From: Spirochaetia bacterium
GTDB lineage: Bacteria > Spirochaetota > Spirochaetia > SZUA-6 > Bin103
Length of the DNA stretch: 64,000 bases
Assembly: GCA_965203515.1 (NCBI GenBank)
Contig: OZ241907.1
Coordinates: 2,720,001-2,784,000 of the forward strand
Direction: 5' to 3'
Below the pieces are notes generated by a model, which was not told the origin of the DNA, searched no databases, and saw only the letters and a list, made by a program, of their open reading frames with translations. The position numbers and the translations under genes are program-made. Positions 1 to 8,984 of the stretch are shown here, piece by piece. Within the stretch, counting starts at the first letter, position 1, and every line of letters starts with the position of its first letter.

Positions 1-438
1 CGCGCGGTCAAGGCCGGCAACGAGGACTTCACCTTCCGCGTCATCACCGGTGAAGGCGAGCACGAGATCGATACCGCCGACGACATCGACGAACTGTCCC
101 GCCGCCTCGCCCCCATCACCTTCGCGCCGGGCCCCGAGTACCGGCCCGAGACGTCGCCCCACGAGCGGTTCATCTTCACCACCGCGTTCGACGCCGGCCT
201 GGCGGCGCACGTGGCGCGGCTCGGAGAGACCGCCGTGCATCTGTATCGCACCGTATCGGCGATGCCGCCGCGCACGGAGGACGACGATAGCGTCCGCCTC
301 CCGCTGCTGCGCCCGGCGCCGGCGCCGCTCCTGCCCGGCGCATGGGCGTTGCGCCGCGAACGTTTCACGGTCGGCCCGTCGATCCGCGGCGCGAACGTCC
401 GCCTTGCGGAGGAACCGCTGGAGGTCGGCCTGTCATGA
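1..438 (+). CDS. 3' part of a CDS running in from the left edge; possibly DUF58 family by context
   Basis: Frame 1 is open from base 1 to TGA 436-438 (RAVKAGNEDFTFRVITG...EEPLEVGLS) and overlaps the next ATG (ATGA). DUF58 is guessed only because it commonly precedes membrane transglutaminase genes. Confidence 0.45.
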   Translation, partial: RAVKAGNEDFTFRVITGEGEHEIDTADDIDELSRRLAPITFAPGPEYRPETSPHERFIFTTAFDAGLAAHVARLGETAVHLYRTVSAMPPRTEDDDSVRLPLLRPAPAPLLPGAWALRRERFTVGPSIRGANVRLAEEPLEVGLS

Positions 439-2822
439 CCCTGTTGTTCGCAACGCGCCTGCTGGTCTATCTGGTCGCGATCGCCATCCCGATCGTCCAC
501 CCGGCGGTGACGATCTCCTACGACCGCGTGGGATGGGTGACGTGGTTCGCGCTCGTGCCGCTGGAGATGGCGCTGGCCGCGTTCCTGCAGCCGCCGCGGC
601 TGCGGCTCCTGCAGTGGGTGGCGGCTGCGGTCGCGCTGGCGGCGCTGGCCGCCGTCCTCGGCCCCGGCCTGAACACGACCGGCCTGTCCGTGATCGGCGT
701 GGGGCTGGCCGCGTTCGCGCTGACCGCCGCGGTCTTCCACGGCCGGGAGCACGGCCACCTGATCGCCGGCGGCGAGCTGCTGTTCGTGGGCTACGTACTC
801 CTGAAGCTGCTGCGCTTCTCGCGCGCGTCCGACGTGATCGCCGCCCAAAGCTCGCGCATCACCACCGTGCTGGTCGTGATGATCACCTGCGGCGTGCTCC
901 TGCACGCGCTGGCGCTCTATCTGGCCGCCTTTCCCGAGGCGGGAGGCCGCGTCCGCCGGCGCGAGCTCGCCGTGTTCGCGTCGTTCGCGCTGCCGGTCAG
1001 CGCCGCGCTGGGCCTGCTGTTGCCGGCCGACTTCGTCTCCAACCGCATCGCGTTCAACGGCCTGAACGAGGTCGCCCGGCCACAGCCGCAGCCGATCGAC
1101 GCGGAGAGCGCCGGACTGCCCGGCGGCAACCTGCGCGCCAACGATCCGCTCGCCGGCGATGATCCGCAGAACGGCGGTCAGGGCGGCGCCGGAGAGCAGG
1201 GCGACGCGGGAGAGCAGGGCGGCTCAGGCGAGCGGGGCGGGAGCGAACCGGCGGAGCGCCGGCAGCGTCTGGAAGGCATCCCGGCGGAGCGCTGGAACGA
1301 GTCCGGCAGCGGCGGTTCCGGCGGTTCCGGCGGTTCCGGCGGTTCCGGCGCCGAGCCCGGCGCTCAGGGAGAGCAGGGCGGGGAACAAGGCGGTCAAGGT
1401 CAGGACCAGGGCGAAGAAGGCGGCGCCGACGGCCGGGAAGGCGAAGGAGAAGGCGAAGGCAAGCAGTACGCGCGCATGGTGATCGCCAGCGCCACCGACC
1501 CGGTGTACGCGGCCGACGGCTACTACGCCGACCTGCATCCGCAAGACGGCTTTTCCTACAGCATCGACGAGCCGCTGAACGATCTGGTGAACCGGCGCCT
1601 GTTGACCACGTGGGTCGACGCGCTGCGCCTGCCGGATCGACGCCGCCAGGAACGCGAATACTTCTTCCTCTCCTCAATCTCCGATCGGGTCGTGCCGTAC
1701 CGGCCGTACACGATCGAGCCGACCGTTCTCAACCGTCTCTACCACCCGTTCGACCTCTCCTACCGCACCGTGTCGCGGGTCAGCGCCACCGGCCCCGATC
1801 AGTGGCGCCGCCTGGGCGAACTCTCGCCGGACGAACGGAACGCCCTGGCGCCGTACCTGGAGGTCCCCCTGAGCGCCGAGACGCGGGCGAGCTTCGAGCG
1901 ATACGCCGCGGCGGTCACCGCCGCCGGCGCCGGCGGCTACTACGACCGGATCGAGGCGATCCTGCAATCGTACCGGACCTATCAGTACGAGATCGGCTTC
2001 ACCGACGACGTGTCGATCGACCATCTGGAGGACTTCCTGTTCGAGACCCGCTCCGGCGACTGCACCGAGTTCTCCAACGCCACCGCCGTGCTCGGCCGGC
2101 TCCTCGGCATTCCCAGCCGCGTGGTGACCGGCTGGCTTGGCGCCGAGAGCCTGCAGACCCCCGTGCACCGGCGCGGCCTGCAGGCGCTGCAGGAAGCGAT
2201 CGAGCCGCTCCGGGAGTTCCCGCTCGACGACCTCTATCTGGTCACCACCGCGCACCGACACTCCTGGACGCAATTCTATCTGCCCGGCTACGGCTGGATC
2301 GATATCGATCCGACCTCGTACGCGATCCCGCCGCCGCCCGAACTGAGCGCCAACGATCAGGACGTCGTCATCCCGATCATCCGGATCGAGGATCGATTCG
2401 ACCGGGACTTCCGGTTCCCGTGGCTGCTGGCGCTGCGCCTGGCCGGCGCGCTGGCCGGCGCCGGGGTCGCCGGCGCCTACGCATGGCGGTATGGCCGCGA
2501 GGCGCTCCTGGCCCTGGCGGCCCGCGCCTCCTCGCGGTACGGGCTGCGGGCGCGGGCGTCGCTGCTCTACATGCGGCTGGCCGCCGACGGCTACGCGATC
2601 AAGTCTCCGGCAGAGACCGCCCGCGAATACGCCGAGCGGTATCCCGAGCTGCGGCGCTTCGCCGAGCGCTATACCGCGCTCCGCTACCGGCCCGATCCGC
2701 CGGATGCGGCGGTCGCCGAGGAGCTGCGCGCCGGCGCCCGGGCCGCGCTGCGGCGGATGCGCCGCCGCGGCCCGATCGCCCGGCTGCAGCGCCTGTTCAG
2801 CCTGCGGGGGCTCACCTGCTGA
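435..2822 (+). CDS. Membrane-anchored transglutaminase-like domain protein
   Basis: Multiple N-terminal TM helices, G/E/Q-rich linker, catalytic-type motifs GDCTEFS, HSWTQFY and GWIDIDPT, then a C-terminal TM. ATG at 435 is coupled to the upstream stop. Confidence 0.85.
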   Translation: MTLLFATRLLVYLVAIAIPIVHPAVTISYDRVGWVTWFALVPLEMALAAFLQPPRLRLLQWVAAAVALAALAAVLGPGLNTTGLSVIGVGLAAFALTAAVFHGREHGHLIAGGELLFVGYVLLKLLRFSRASDVIAAQSSRITTVLVVMITCGVLLHALALYLAAFPEAGGRVRRRELAVFASFALPVSAALGLLLPADFVSNRIAFNGLNEVARPQPQPIDAESAGLPGGNLRANDPLAGDDPQNGGQGGAGEQGDAGEQGGSGERGGSEPAERRQRLEGIPAERWNESGSGGSGGSGGSGGSGAEPGAQGEQGGEQGGQGQDQGEEGGADGREGEGEGEGKQYARMVIASATDPVYAADGYYADLHPQDGFSYSIDEPLNDLVNRRLLTTWVDALRLPDRRRQEREYFFLSSISDRVVPYRPYTIEPTVLNRLYHPFDLSYRTVSRVSATGPDQWRRLGELSPDERNALAPYLEVPLSAETRASFERYAAAVTAAGAGGYYDRIEAILQSYRTYQYEIGFTDDVSIDHLEDFLFETRSGDCTEFSNATAVLGRLLGIPSRVVTGWLGAESLQTPVHRRGLQALQEAIEPLREFPLDDLYLVTTAHRHSWTQFYLPGYGWIDIDPTSYAIPPPPELSANDQDVVIPIIRIEDRFDRDFRFPWLLALRLAGALAGAGVAGAYAWRYGREALLALAARASSRYGLRARASLLYMRLAADGYAIKSPAETAREYAERYPELRRFAERYTALRYRPDPPDAAVAEELRAGARAALRRMRRRGPIARLQRLFSLRGLTC
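1311..1349 (+). repeat. 9-bp tandem repeat (GGCGGTTCC x4) encoding a GGS linker
   Basis: ggcggttccggcggttccggcggttccggcggttccggc read directly, in frame. Confidence 0.9.
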
Positions 2823-4063
2823 CCGGCCGCGGCACGGCGGCAGCCGTCGCGGCCGTCACCGCCGCGGCGGCGTTGGGGCTGACCGCCTGCGGCGCCGGCG
2901 ACTGGCTGGAGTTTCGCGGCACGCAGGGCCGCGGCGTCTCTCCCACCACGGTAGCGCCGCCGCTGGCGCTCAAGTGGAAGCTGCCCCTGCAGGAGGGCGC
3001 GCCGCGGGCGGCCTCCTTCAATCCGCCGATCGTCTACGACGGCACGATCTACTTTGGCGCCGATGACGGCAACTTCTACGCGCTGGACGTCGACTCCGGC
3101 TACATGCGCTGGATCTTCAAGACGCGGGCGCCGATCAACTCGGTGCCGTACGCGGATGAGGAGACCGTCTACTTCGGCTCCAACGACGGCCGCGTGTACG
3201 CGGTGTCGCGCGGCGACGGCCGGGAACTCTGGTCGTTCCAGACCGACGCCACCGTGCAGTCGCTGATACTGCGCTACGAGGACCTCATCATCTTCACCAG
3301 CGACCGGGGGGCGTCGCACTTCCTCGATCCGGACGGCAACGAAGTGCACCGCATCCCCAATCCGATCTGGTCCTACCACACGTTCCAGGTATACGAGGGC
3401 GTGATCTACTGGGCGCCGGCGCCGCCCGAGCGCGGCGTGAGCTTCGGCGCCTACGACATCGATCGCCGCTCATACCTGTGGTTCGCCGACAAGGACGACC
3501 CGTACGCGGTGTGGTACTCGTTTCCGGCCTTGCGGGGCAGAACGATGTACTACGCCACCGGCGGCGTGCGCGGCGGCTCGCTGGAGTTCAACTACCTGGC
3601 GGTGGACCGCACCACCGGCAACGAGATTTGGCGCGACACGCAGGAGTCGTGGTTCGACGATGGCTCGCTCTACGACCCGGTCCCGCTGTTCATCGACAAT
3701 CTCAAGCTGCTCGATTACCTGGCGCCGGCGCTGTGGCGCAATCTGGTGATCTTCACCAGCGGCGATCACGTGGTGCGCGCATTCGACGCCGGCACCGGGC
3801 GGGAGGCGTGGCGGGTGACGCTGGAGCAGCCCACGTCGAGCGCGCCGACGGTGGCCGGCAATCGCCTCTACTTCGGCGTGCGCGGCGACCCGCTGCCGGG
3901 CGGGCGGCCGGCCCGGCTGATCTGCCTGGCGGCGAACAACGGCCGGATGCTGTGGGAGATGGAACTGGACGGCGCGGTGCTGAGCGCCCCGGTGGCGTCC
4001 CGCGACCTGATGATATTCGGCACCGACGAGAACTACTTCTACGTGCTGCAGGAGGTGCTGTAG
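2819..4063 (+). CDS. PQQ-like (BamB-type) beta-propeller repeat lipoprotein
   Basis: Lipobox-like LGLTAC, DWLEFRG, repeated IYFGADDGNFYALD..G..RW blades. Start is uncertain; a CTG overlapping the upstream TGA is assumed. Confidence 0.8.
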   Translation: MTGRGTAAAVAAVTAAAALGLTACGAGDWLEFRGTQGRGVSPTTVAPPLALKWKLPLQEGAPRAASFNPPIVYDGTIYFGADDGNFYALDVDSGYMRWIFKTRAPINSVPYADEETVYFGSNDGRVYAVSRGDGRELWSFQTDATVQSLILRYEDLIIFTSDRGASHFLDPDGNEVHRIPNPIWSYHTFQVYEGVIYWAPAPPERGVSFGAYDIDRRSYLWFADKDDPYAVWYSFPALRGRTMYYATGGVRGGSLEFNYLAVDRTTGNEIWRDTQESWFDDGSLYDPVPLFIDNLKLLDYLAPALWRNLVIFTSGDHVVRAFDAGTGREAWRVTLEQPTSSAPTVAGNRLYFGVRGDPLPGGRPARLICLAANNGRMLWEMELDGAVLSAPVASRDLMIFGTDENYFYVLQEVL

Positions 4064-4120
4064 CTCCGGTCCGTCGTCGAAACGAATGCGCGACGGATGG
4101 CGGCGCGGCCTGCCGACAGG

Positions 4121-4846
4121 ATGAGCATGAGCACGGTGAGCACCGCGGTCGCGCCCGCCGGCGCTACGGCAACCACCCGCATCGGCGAGCTGCGGGAGCG
4201 GTCCCTGCACGCGGAGCTGAAGTCGTGGTACGCCCGGCCCCGCGACCGCATCGAGGCGCCGGTGGAGGGGTACGTCATCGATCTGGTGCGGCGCGGCACC
4301 CTGATCGAGATCCAGACCGGCGGCTTCGCCAAGCTCCGGCGCAAGTTGACCCGGCTGGTGAGCGCGCATCGCGTGCGCCTGGTGTTTCCGATCGCGGAGC
4401 GGAAGTGGATCGTGACCGCCGACCGGGCCGGGCACGTCCTGCGGCGCCGGAGGTCGCCGAAGCGGGGCGCCTACCGGGACCTGTTCGCGGAGCTGGTGCG
4501 GATCCCGCACCTGATGAACAGTCCCAACTTCACGCTGGAGGCGCTGCTGGTGGAGGTGGAGGAGCTGCGGTGCGCCGACGGCCGCGGCAGCTGGCGGCGC
4601 AAGGGCGTCAGCGTCCTGGACACGCGGTTGCTGGCGGTGCGCGGCCGCCGCCGCTTTCGAACGCCGGCCGATCTGGCGCGGCTGCTGCCGCCGCGTCTGG
4701 AGGAGCCGTTCACCAATCGTTGCCTGGCCGACGCGGCGGGCATGTCGCCGGCCGCGGCAGGCGAGATGACCTACGCCCTGCGGCGCATGGGCGAGCTTGC
4801 GGTGGTGGGACGCCGGAGCCGAGCGTACCTGTTCTCCCGCACCTGA
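4121..4846 (+). CDS. Hypothetical protein with a restriction-endonuclease-like (PD-(D/E)xK) fold and probable C-terminal HTH
   Basis: ERSLHAELK...YVIDLV...LIEIQT motif; helical C-terminus FTNRCLADAAGMS. Start is uncertain (4097/4121/4127). Confidence 0.55.
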   Translation: MSMSTVSTAVAPAGATATTRIGELRERSLHAELKSWYARPRDRIEAPVEGYVIDLVRRGTLIEIQTGGFAKLRRKLTRLVSAHRVRLVFPIAERKWIVTADRAGHVLRRRRSPKRGAYRDLFAELVRIPHLMNSPNFTLEALLVEVEELRCADGRGSWRRKGVSVLDTRLLAVRGRRRFRTPADLARLLPPRLEEPFTNRCLADAAGMSPAAAGEMTYALRRMGELAVVGRRSRAYLFSRT

Positions 4847-4911
4847 CCTGCGGCGCGGAGCGGCGCGTTGCAACGTACCGGGGGCGCCCGTATTCTGCCG
4901 CTCTCGTGAAC

Positions 4912-6600
4912 ATGAATAAATTGTGGCGGAACCGCCTGTTCCTGCTGCTGTCGGCCGCGATCGCGCTGATCGGCGCCGGCTGCAGCCGGATGACTCCCGT
5001 TCCCGATGCACGGTCGCCCGTTCCCGATACGCGGTCGCCTTCGCCCGCGCGGCTCTACTGGACGGACGCCGGGAACAACACGATCCAGCGCGCCGGACTC
5101 GATGGATCGGGCGTCGAGACCCTGGTGCCGCATGGGCTGGACGAACCATACGGCATCGCCGTCGCGGTCGCCGGCGGGAAGCTCTATTGGGCCGAATGGG
5201 GCGTCGGAATCCGGCGCGCGGGACTGGACGGCTCCGGCGTCGAGACCCTGGTGCCGGCCTCCCGGCCGAATGGTATCGCCCTGGACGCGGCGCGCGGCAA
5301 GATGTACTGGACCGAATACGACACCGACACGATCCGGCGCGCCGACCTGGACGGCTCGCGCGTCGAAGACCTGATTACCAGCCTGCTGGGCAATCCGTAC
5401 GGAATCGCGCTGGACGCTGCCGACGGCAAGATGTACTGGACCGACGCGGGGACGCAGAAGATCCAACGCGCCGATCTCGACGGGTCGCACGTCGAGGATC
5501 TCGTCATCACCGGCCTGGGGAGTCCCCGGGGCATCGCCCTGGACACGGCGGCCGGCAAGATGTACTGGACCGACCGGGAAACCGACAAGATTCAACGCGC
5601 CGACCTCGACGGCAGCGGCGTCGAAGACCTGGTCACGACGGAGTCCGCGTCTCACCGAGACGGACTGGCCCTGGACGCCCCGGCCGGCAAGATGTATTGG
5701 ACCGAGCGCTTTCTGGGCAAGATTCAACGCGCCAACCTCGACGGATCGGGAATCGAGGACGTGGTGACCCGCGAAGCGCGGCAGCCCTACGAGATCGCGC
5801 TGGACACCGCGAACGGCACGCTGTACTGGACCGACCTGACCGCGGGAATCCTGCGCGCCAATCTGGACGGAACCGGGGTCGAGGCGGTGGTGAGCCCCGG
5901 TCTTCAGGATCCGCGCGGCGTCGCCCTGGACGTCGGCGGCGGCAAGGTCTATTCGGCCGACGCCGGGGCGAACCGGATCCGGCGCTTCGGCCTGGACGGC
6001 ACGGCCGGTGAAGATGTCGCGATCCGGGGCCTGTCGGAGCCGTATGCGATCGCGGTGGACGGCGCCGGCGGCAAGATCTACTGGACGGAGTCGGGGACCG
6101 CTACCGCGGCCGCGGACGGCATCAGGCGCGCCGACCTGGACGGGTCGAACGCGGAGACGCTGGTGACCGCCGGCCTGCGGTATCCGCGCGGCATCGCCCT
6201 GGACGCGGCGGCCGGCAAGATGTACTGGATCGACGCGGGGACGCGGAAGATCCAGCGCGCCGACCTGGACGGCTCCGGCGTCGAAGACGTGATCACGGCC
6301 GGCCTGTCGGATCCGCAGGGCATCGCCGTGGACGCTGCCGGCGGCAAGCTGTACTGGACCGACCGGAGGACGGACCGGATTCAGCGCGCCGACCTCGACG
6401 GCACCGGCGTCGAAGACCTCGTCACCGCCGGTCTGTCGAATCCGCAGGGCATCGTCCTCGACCTCACGGACCGGAAGATGTACTGGACCGACTGGGGTAC
6501 CCGGAAGATCCAGCGCGCCGACCTGGACGGCTCCGGCGTCGAGGACGTGGTGACCACCGGGCTCCACACGCCGTGGGCGATCGCCCTCTATCGCCCCTGA
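4912..6600 (+). CDS. YWTD (LDL-receptor class B) repeat lipoprotein, 12 repeats
   Basis: Signal peptide ending IGAGC, then twelve ~43-aa units of type GIALDxxxGKMYWTDxxxxKIQRADLDGSGVEDLV. Confidence 0.9.
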   Translation: MNKLWRNRLFLLLSAAIALIGAGCSRMTPVPDARSPVPDTRSPSPARLYWTDAGNNTIQRAGLDGSGVETLVPHGLDEPYGIAVAVAGGKLYWAEWGVGIRRAGLDGSGVETLVPASRPNGIALDAARGKMYWTEYDTDTIRRADLDGSRVEDLITSLLGNPYGIALDAADGKMYWTDAGTQKIQRADLDGSHVEDLVITGLGSPRGIALDTAAGKMYWTDRETDKIQRADLDGSGVEDLVTTESASHRDGLALDAPAGKMYWTERFLGKIQRANLDGSGIEDVVTREARQPYEIALDTANGTLYWTDLTAGILRANLDGTGVEAVVSPGLQDPRGVALDVGGGKVYSADAGANRIRRFGLDGTAGEDVAIRGLSEPYAIAVDGAGGKIYWTESGTATAAADGIRRADLDGSNAETLVTAGLRYPRGIALDAAAGKMYWIDAGTRKIQRADLDGSGVEDVITAGLSDPQGIAVDAAGGKLYWTDRRTDRIQRADLDGTGVEDLVTAGLSNPQGIVLDLTDRKMYWTDWGTRKIQRADLDGSGVEDVVTTGLHTPWAIALYRP

Positions 6601-6608
6601 CCGCGTAT

Positions 6609-6689
6609 GGCGAGCGCCAGGACGCCGGCGTCGAAGTAGCCGGTCAGACGGTCGTAGGCTCTGCCTCCTGCAGCGCCGGCACGAAGAAC
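6609..6689 (-). repeat. Degenerate copy of the 5' region of the SNF2 helicase gene (21345-21426)
   Basis: Hand alignment shows 4 substitutions and a 1-nt deletion over 82 nt, same orientation; encodes a frameshifted VPALQEA..YDRLTGYFDAGVLALA. Confidence 0.9.
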
Positions 6690-6784
6690 TGACCCGCTTT
6701 CGTGGACACATCGTCCGGATAGTCAGGTCCGGCGGCACTGCGGGCCGTTGGCCGGTCTGCTGGAATGCTGCTACGGTTGCTCTC

Positions 6785-8023
6785 GTGGAACTCCGATGCC
6801 TCGGAATCGAGCGCTACAAGGGTTACGCGCAGCCGGCGGAGTTGGAGCTTGCGCCGTTCACCATCCTGGTAGGCCCCAACAACTCGGGCAAGACTGCGCT
6901 CGCGCAGGCCATCCAGTTGTTGGCGGGCGGCTTGGCTCCCGAAGGACGGGACACATCGGAGCCGCTCCCGCTCGAGTCGGGTGGAATCCGGCACGGCGAG
7001 ACATTCGCGGACTTGGTGACCGGACGCAGCGTGCACGGCCGATTGCACCTGTCTGCCAGCTTGGCTGACGCCGACGGTGAGCTATCCCTGTCCGCTACCG
7101 TTCGCCACGTGGAGATTCCATCCCAGCCTCCTGCGCGCCAGATTGCCGACTGGCACCTCACGAGCGACAATAGCGACATCGCGTTGCGGAGATCAGGGTT
7201 CGATGACCAGTCCGACTATATGATCACTCATACCGGGTTGGTCCACCTACCCCTGAAGCAGAAGATCCGTTGGATCGGGCTCCTGCCGGAGCTGACGCAG
7301 ACCTTGGTAGACTTCGGTATGTTGCGGAGATTGCGGAGATGGGCGCGCGGCGTTCGCCATCTGCAGTGCCCGCGCAGTCTCCTGTCAGCGCCTTTCATCA
7401 CGCCGGAGAGCGCGCCGGCGGTCTTTGCGCCCGACGGCAGGAACACTCCGTTCGTCCTGGCGGCGAACGACGAGTTGCGGGAATCGGTTCGTAACTGGTA
7501 CCGAGGCGCGTTCGGGGTGACCATCGACGTGGAATCTCAGGGGGCCTACTCTGAACTGATGGTCGGCGCCCCGGCCCGTGACCCCAGGGTACGACTCACG
7601 CAATCCGGGCGCGGGCTGCTGCACGTTCTGCCGGTCGTGGTCATGGCGCTGACGGCCAAGGCGGCGGGACCGGGCGTCGATGTCATCGAGCACCCGGAGG
7701 CCGAGCTGCATCCGGCCGCTCACGCCCACGTTGCGGAGCTGCTGCTTGCCAACCTCGCAGGTCGGGGTCGGCCTCTCGTCGTGGAAACGCACTCCGAGAT
7801 GGTGCTGCTGCGCGCCCGGCGCTGGGTCGCGGAGGGGCGGTTGCCGGCCGATGAGGTCGTCATCTATTGGGTGCACGCGGAGCCGGGGAGCGGCTCCGTA
7901 CTGCGCAAGATCAGAATCGACGAAAAGGGCCAGTTGGACCACTGGCCGTACGGCGTGTTCATCGAAGATTATGAGGAGATCATGGCCATCCGGCGCGCGG
8001 CTCGGACGCGGGAACAGAGCTGA
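6785..8023 (+). CDS. ABC/AAA_21-type ATPase with C-terminal DUF3696-like domain (Menshen NsnB-like)
   Basis: Walker A GPNNSGKT, Walker B/D-loop IEHPEAELHP, VETHSE switch, C-terminal IDEKGQLDHWPYGVF. Confidence 0.8.
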   Translation: MELRCLGIERYKGYAQPAELELAPFTILVGPNNSGKTALAQAIQLLAGGLAPEGRDTSEPLPLESGGIRHGETFADLVTGRSVHGRLHLSASLADADGELSLSATVRHVEIPSQPPARQIADWHLTSDNSDIALRRSGFDDQSDYMITHTGLVHLPLKQKIRWIGLLPELTQTLVDFGMLRRLRRWARGVRHLQCPRSLLSAPFITPESAPAVFAPDGRNTPFVLAANDELRESVRNWYRGAFGVTIDVESQGAYSELMVGAPARDPRVRLTQSGRGLLHVLPVVVMALTAKAAGPGVDVIEHPEAELHPAAHAHVAELLLANLAGRGRPLVVETHSEMVLLRARRWVAEGRLPADEVVIYWVHAEPGSGSVLRKIRIDEKGQLDHWPYGVFIEDYEEIMAIRRAARTREQS

Positions 8024-8984
8024 GTGCGCATCGAAATCGACCCGCAGGCAGCCGACGATCCGGATTCTCACCAGTGGCTGGACCGCATTCTGCACCGGAT
8101 CGAAGACGAATGGCACGTGTGGGACACCGCCAGCCAATCGAATACGGACGCGCTGCGCGCCACTTCGTGGATACACGCCCGCGGTGCTCAGGGTCAGTGG
8201 GTCAGGAGTATGCTCGTCGCGTCGATTCAGCGTGAAGCTTGGACCAGCGCGCCGCATGAAAGGTCGGTACGGGTAACGGCTGTCTCCAGGGCAGCGGATG
8301 AACTCACGCCTCAAGACGCGCTGCGGCTCGCCGATGAACCGCTGCGTCCTGGTCGAAAATCGGTTCAGCGACGGCGCATTCGTCAAACGCGTCGTGAAGG
8401 AACTCGACCAGTCCCTTCACACCCTGTGGCAACGTCCGGGAGGGCCGATCCGAATCGACAGCCTCGGAGGCAAGGGGCAGATGGCGCAGGAGGTGACTCG
8501 CCGCATGCAGGGAAAACCGTATCGTCCCCGACTCGTCGCCATAGTCGACAGCGATCGGACGGCGCCCGGAGCTGACGCCAGCGCGAATGCACGACTATTG
8601 CAAGAAACCTGCACCCAGGCGAGTCTGCCGTGCTGGGTCCTCGCCAAACGGGAGGCCGAGAATTATCTGCCTATAGTCCTTCTCCGTGCACAACCACGCG
8701 CGCGCGCAGACCATCAGCAGCGGGTTGCCGCATGGGAACGACTCACCGATGACCAGAAGAACTTCTTCGACATGAAGCGAGGCCTGCCGGCAACCCTGTC
8801 TGCGGCCGAGCAGCGGCTGTTCGACGGGCTGTCTGCGGACGATCGAGCGATTCTCAATAATGGATTCGGTCGGAACGTCTACCTATGCTGGAGCCTTGGA
8901 AACGGGTCGGTGAAGCGAGACCTCGAGATCCGTGGACAGGGTGATCTAGAACGCGGTATCGATCTGATTAGAAGGGAAGTGTAG
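8024..8984 (+). pseudogene. TOPRIM-like putative nuclease effector split by one frameshift near 8346
   Basis: GTG abuts the upstream stop. Frame A reads ...LRLADEPL; frame B continues VLVENRFSDG..GGKGQ..IVDSD..KREAENYLP, and its stop abuts the next ATG. Could be an assembly error. Confidence 0.65.

Noticed and set aside
1610..2818. Long N-terminal extensions in the ORF track for the PQQ (from 1610) and YWTD (from 3478) genes
   Set aside because: They overlap real upstream genes; signal peptides place the starts near 2819 and 4912.
5050..6590. Regular ~129-bp nucleotide repeats
   Set aside because: Fully explained by the YWTD protein repeats.
6609..6689. Helicase-fragment copy as a DGR template/variable repeat
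   Set aside because: No reverse transcriptase in the window; differences are not confined to adenines of one copy and include an indel.
8335..8362. Programmed ribosomal frameshift
   Set aside because: No slippery heptamer or homopolymer at the junction.
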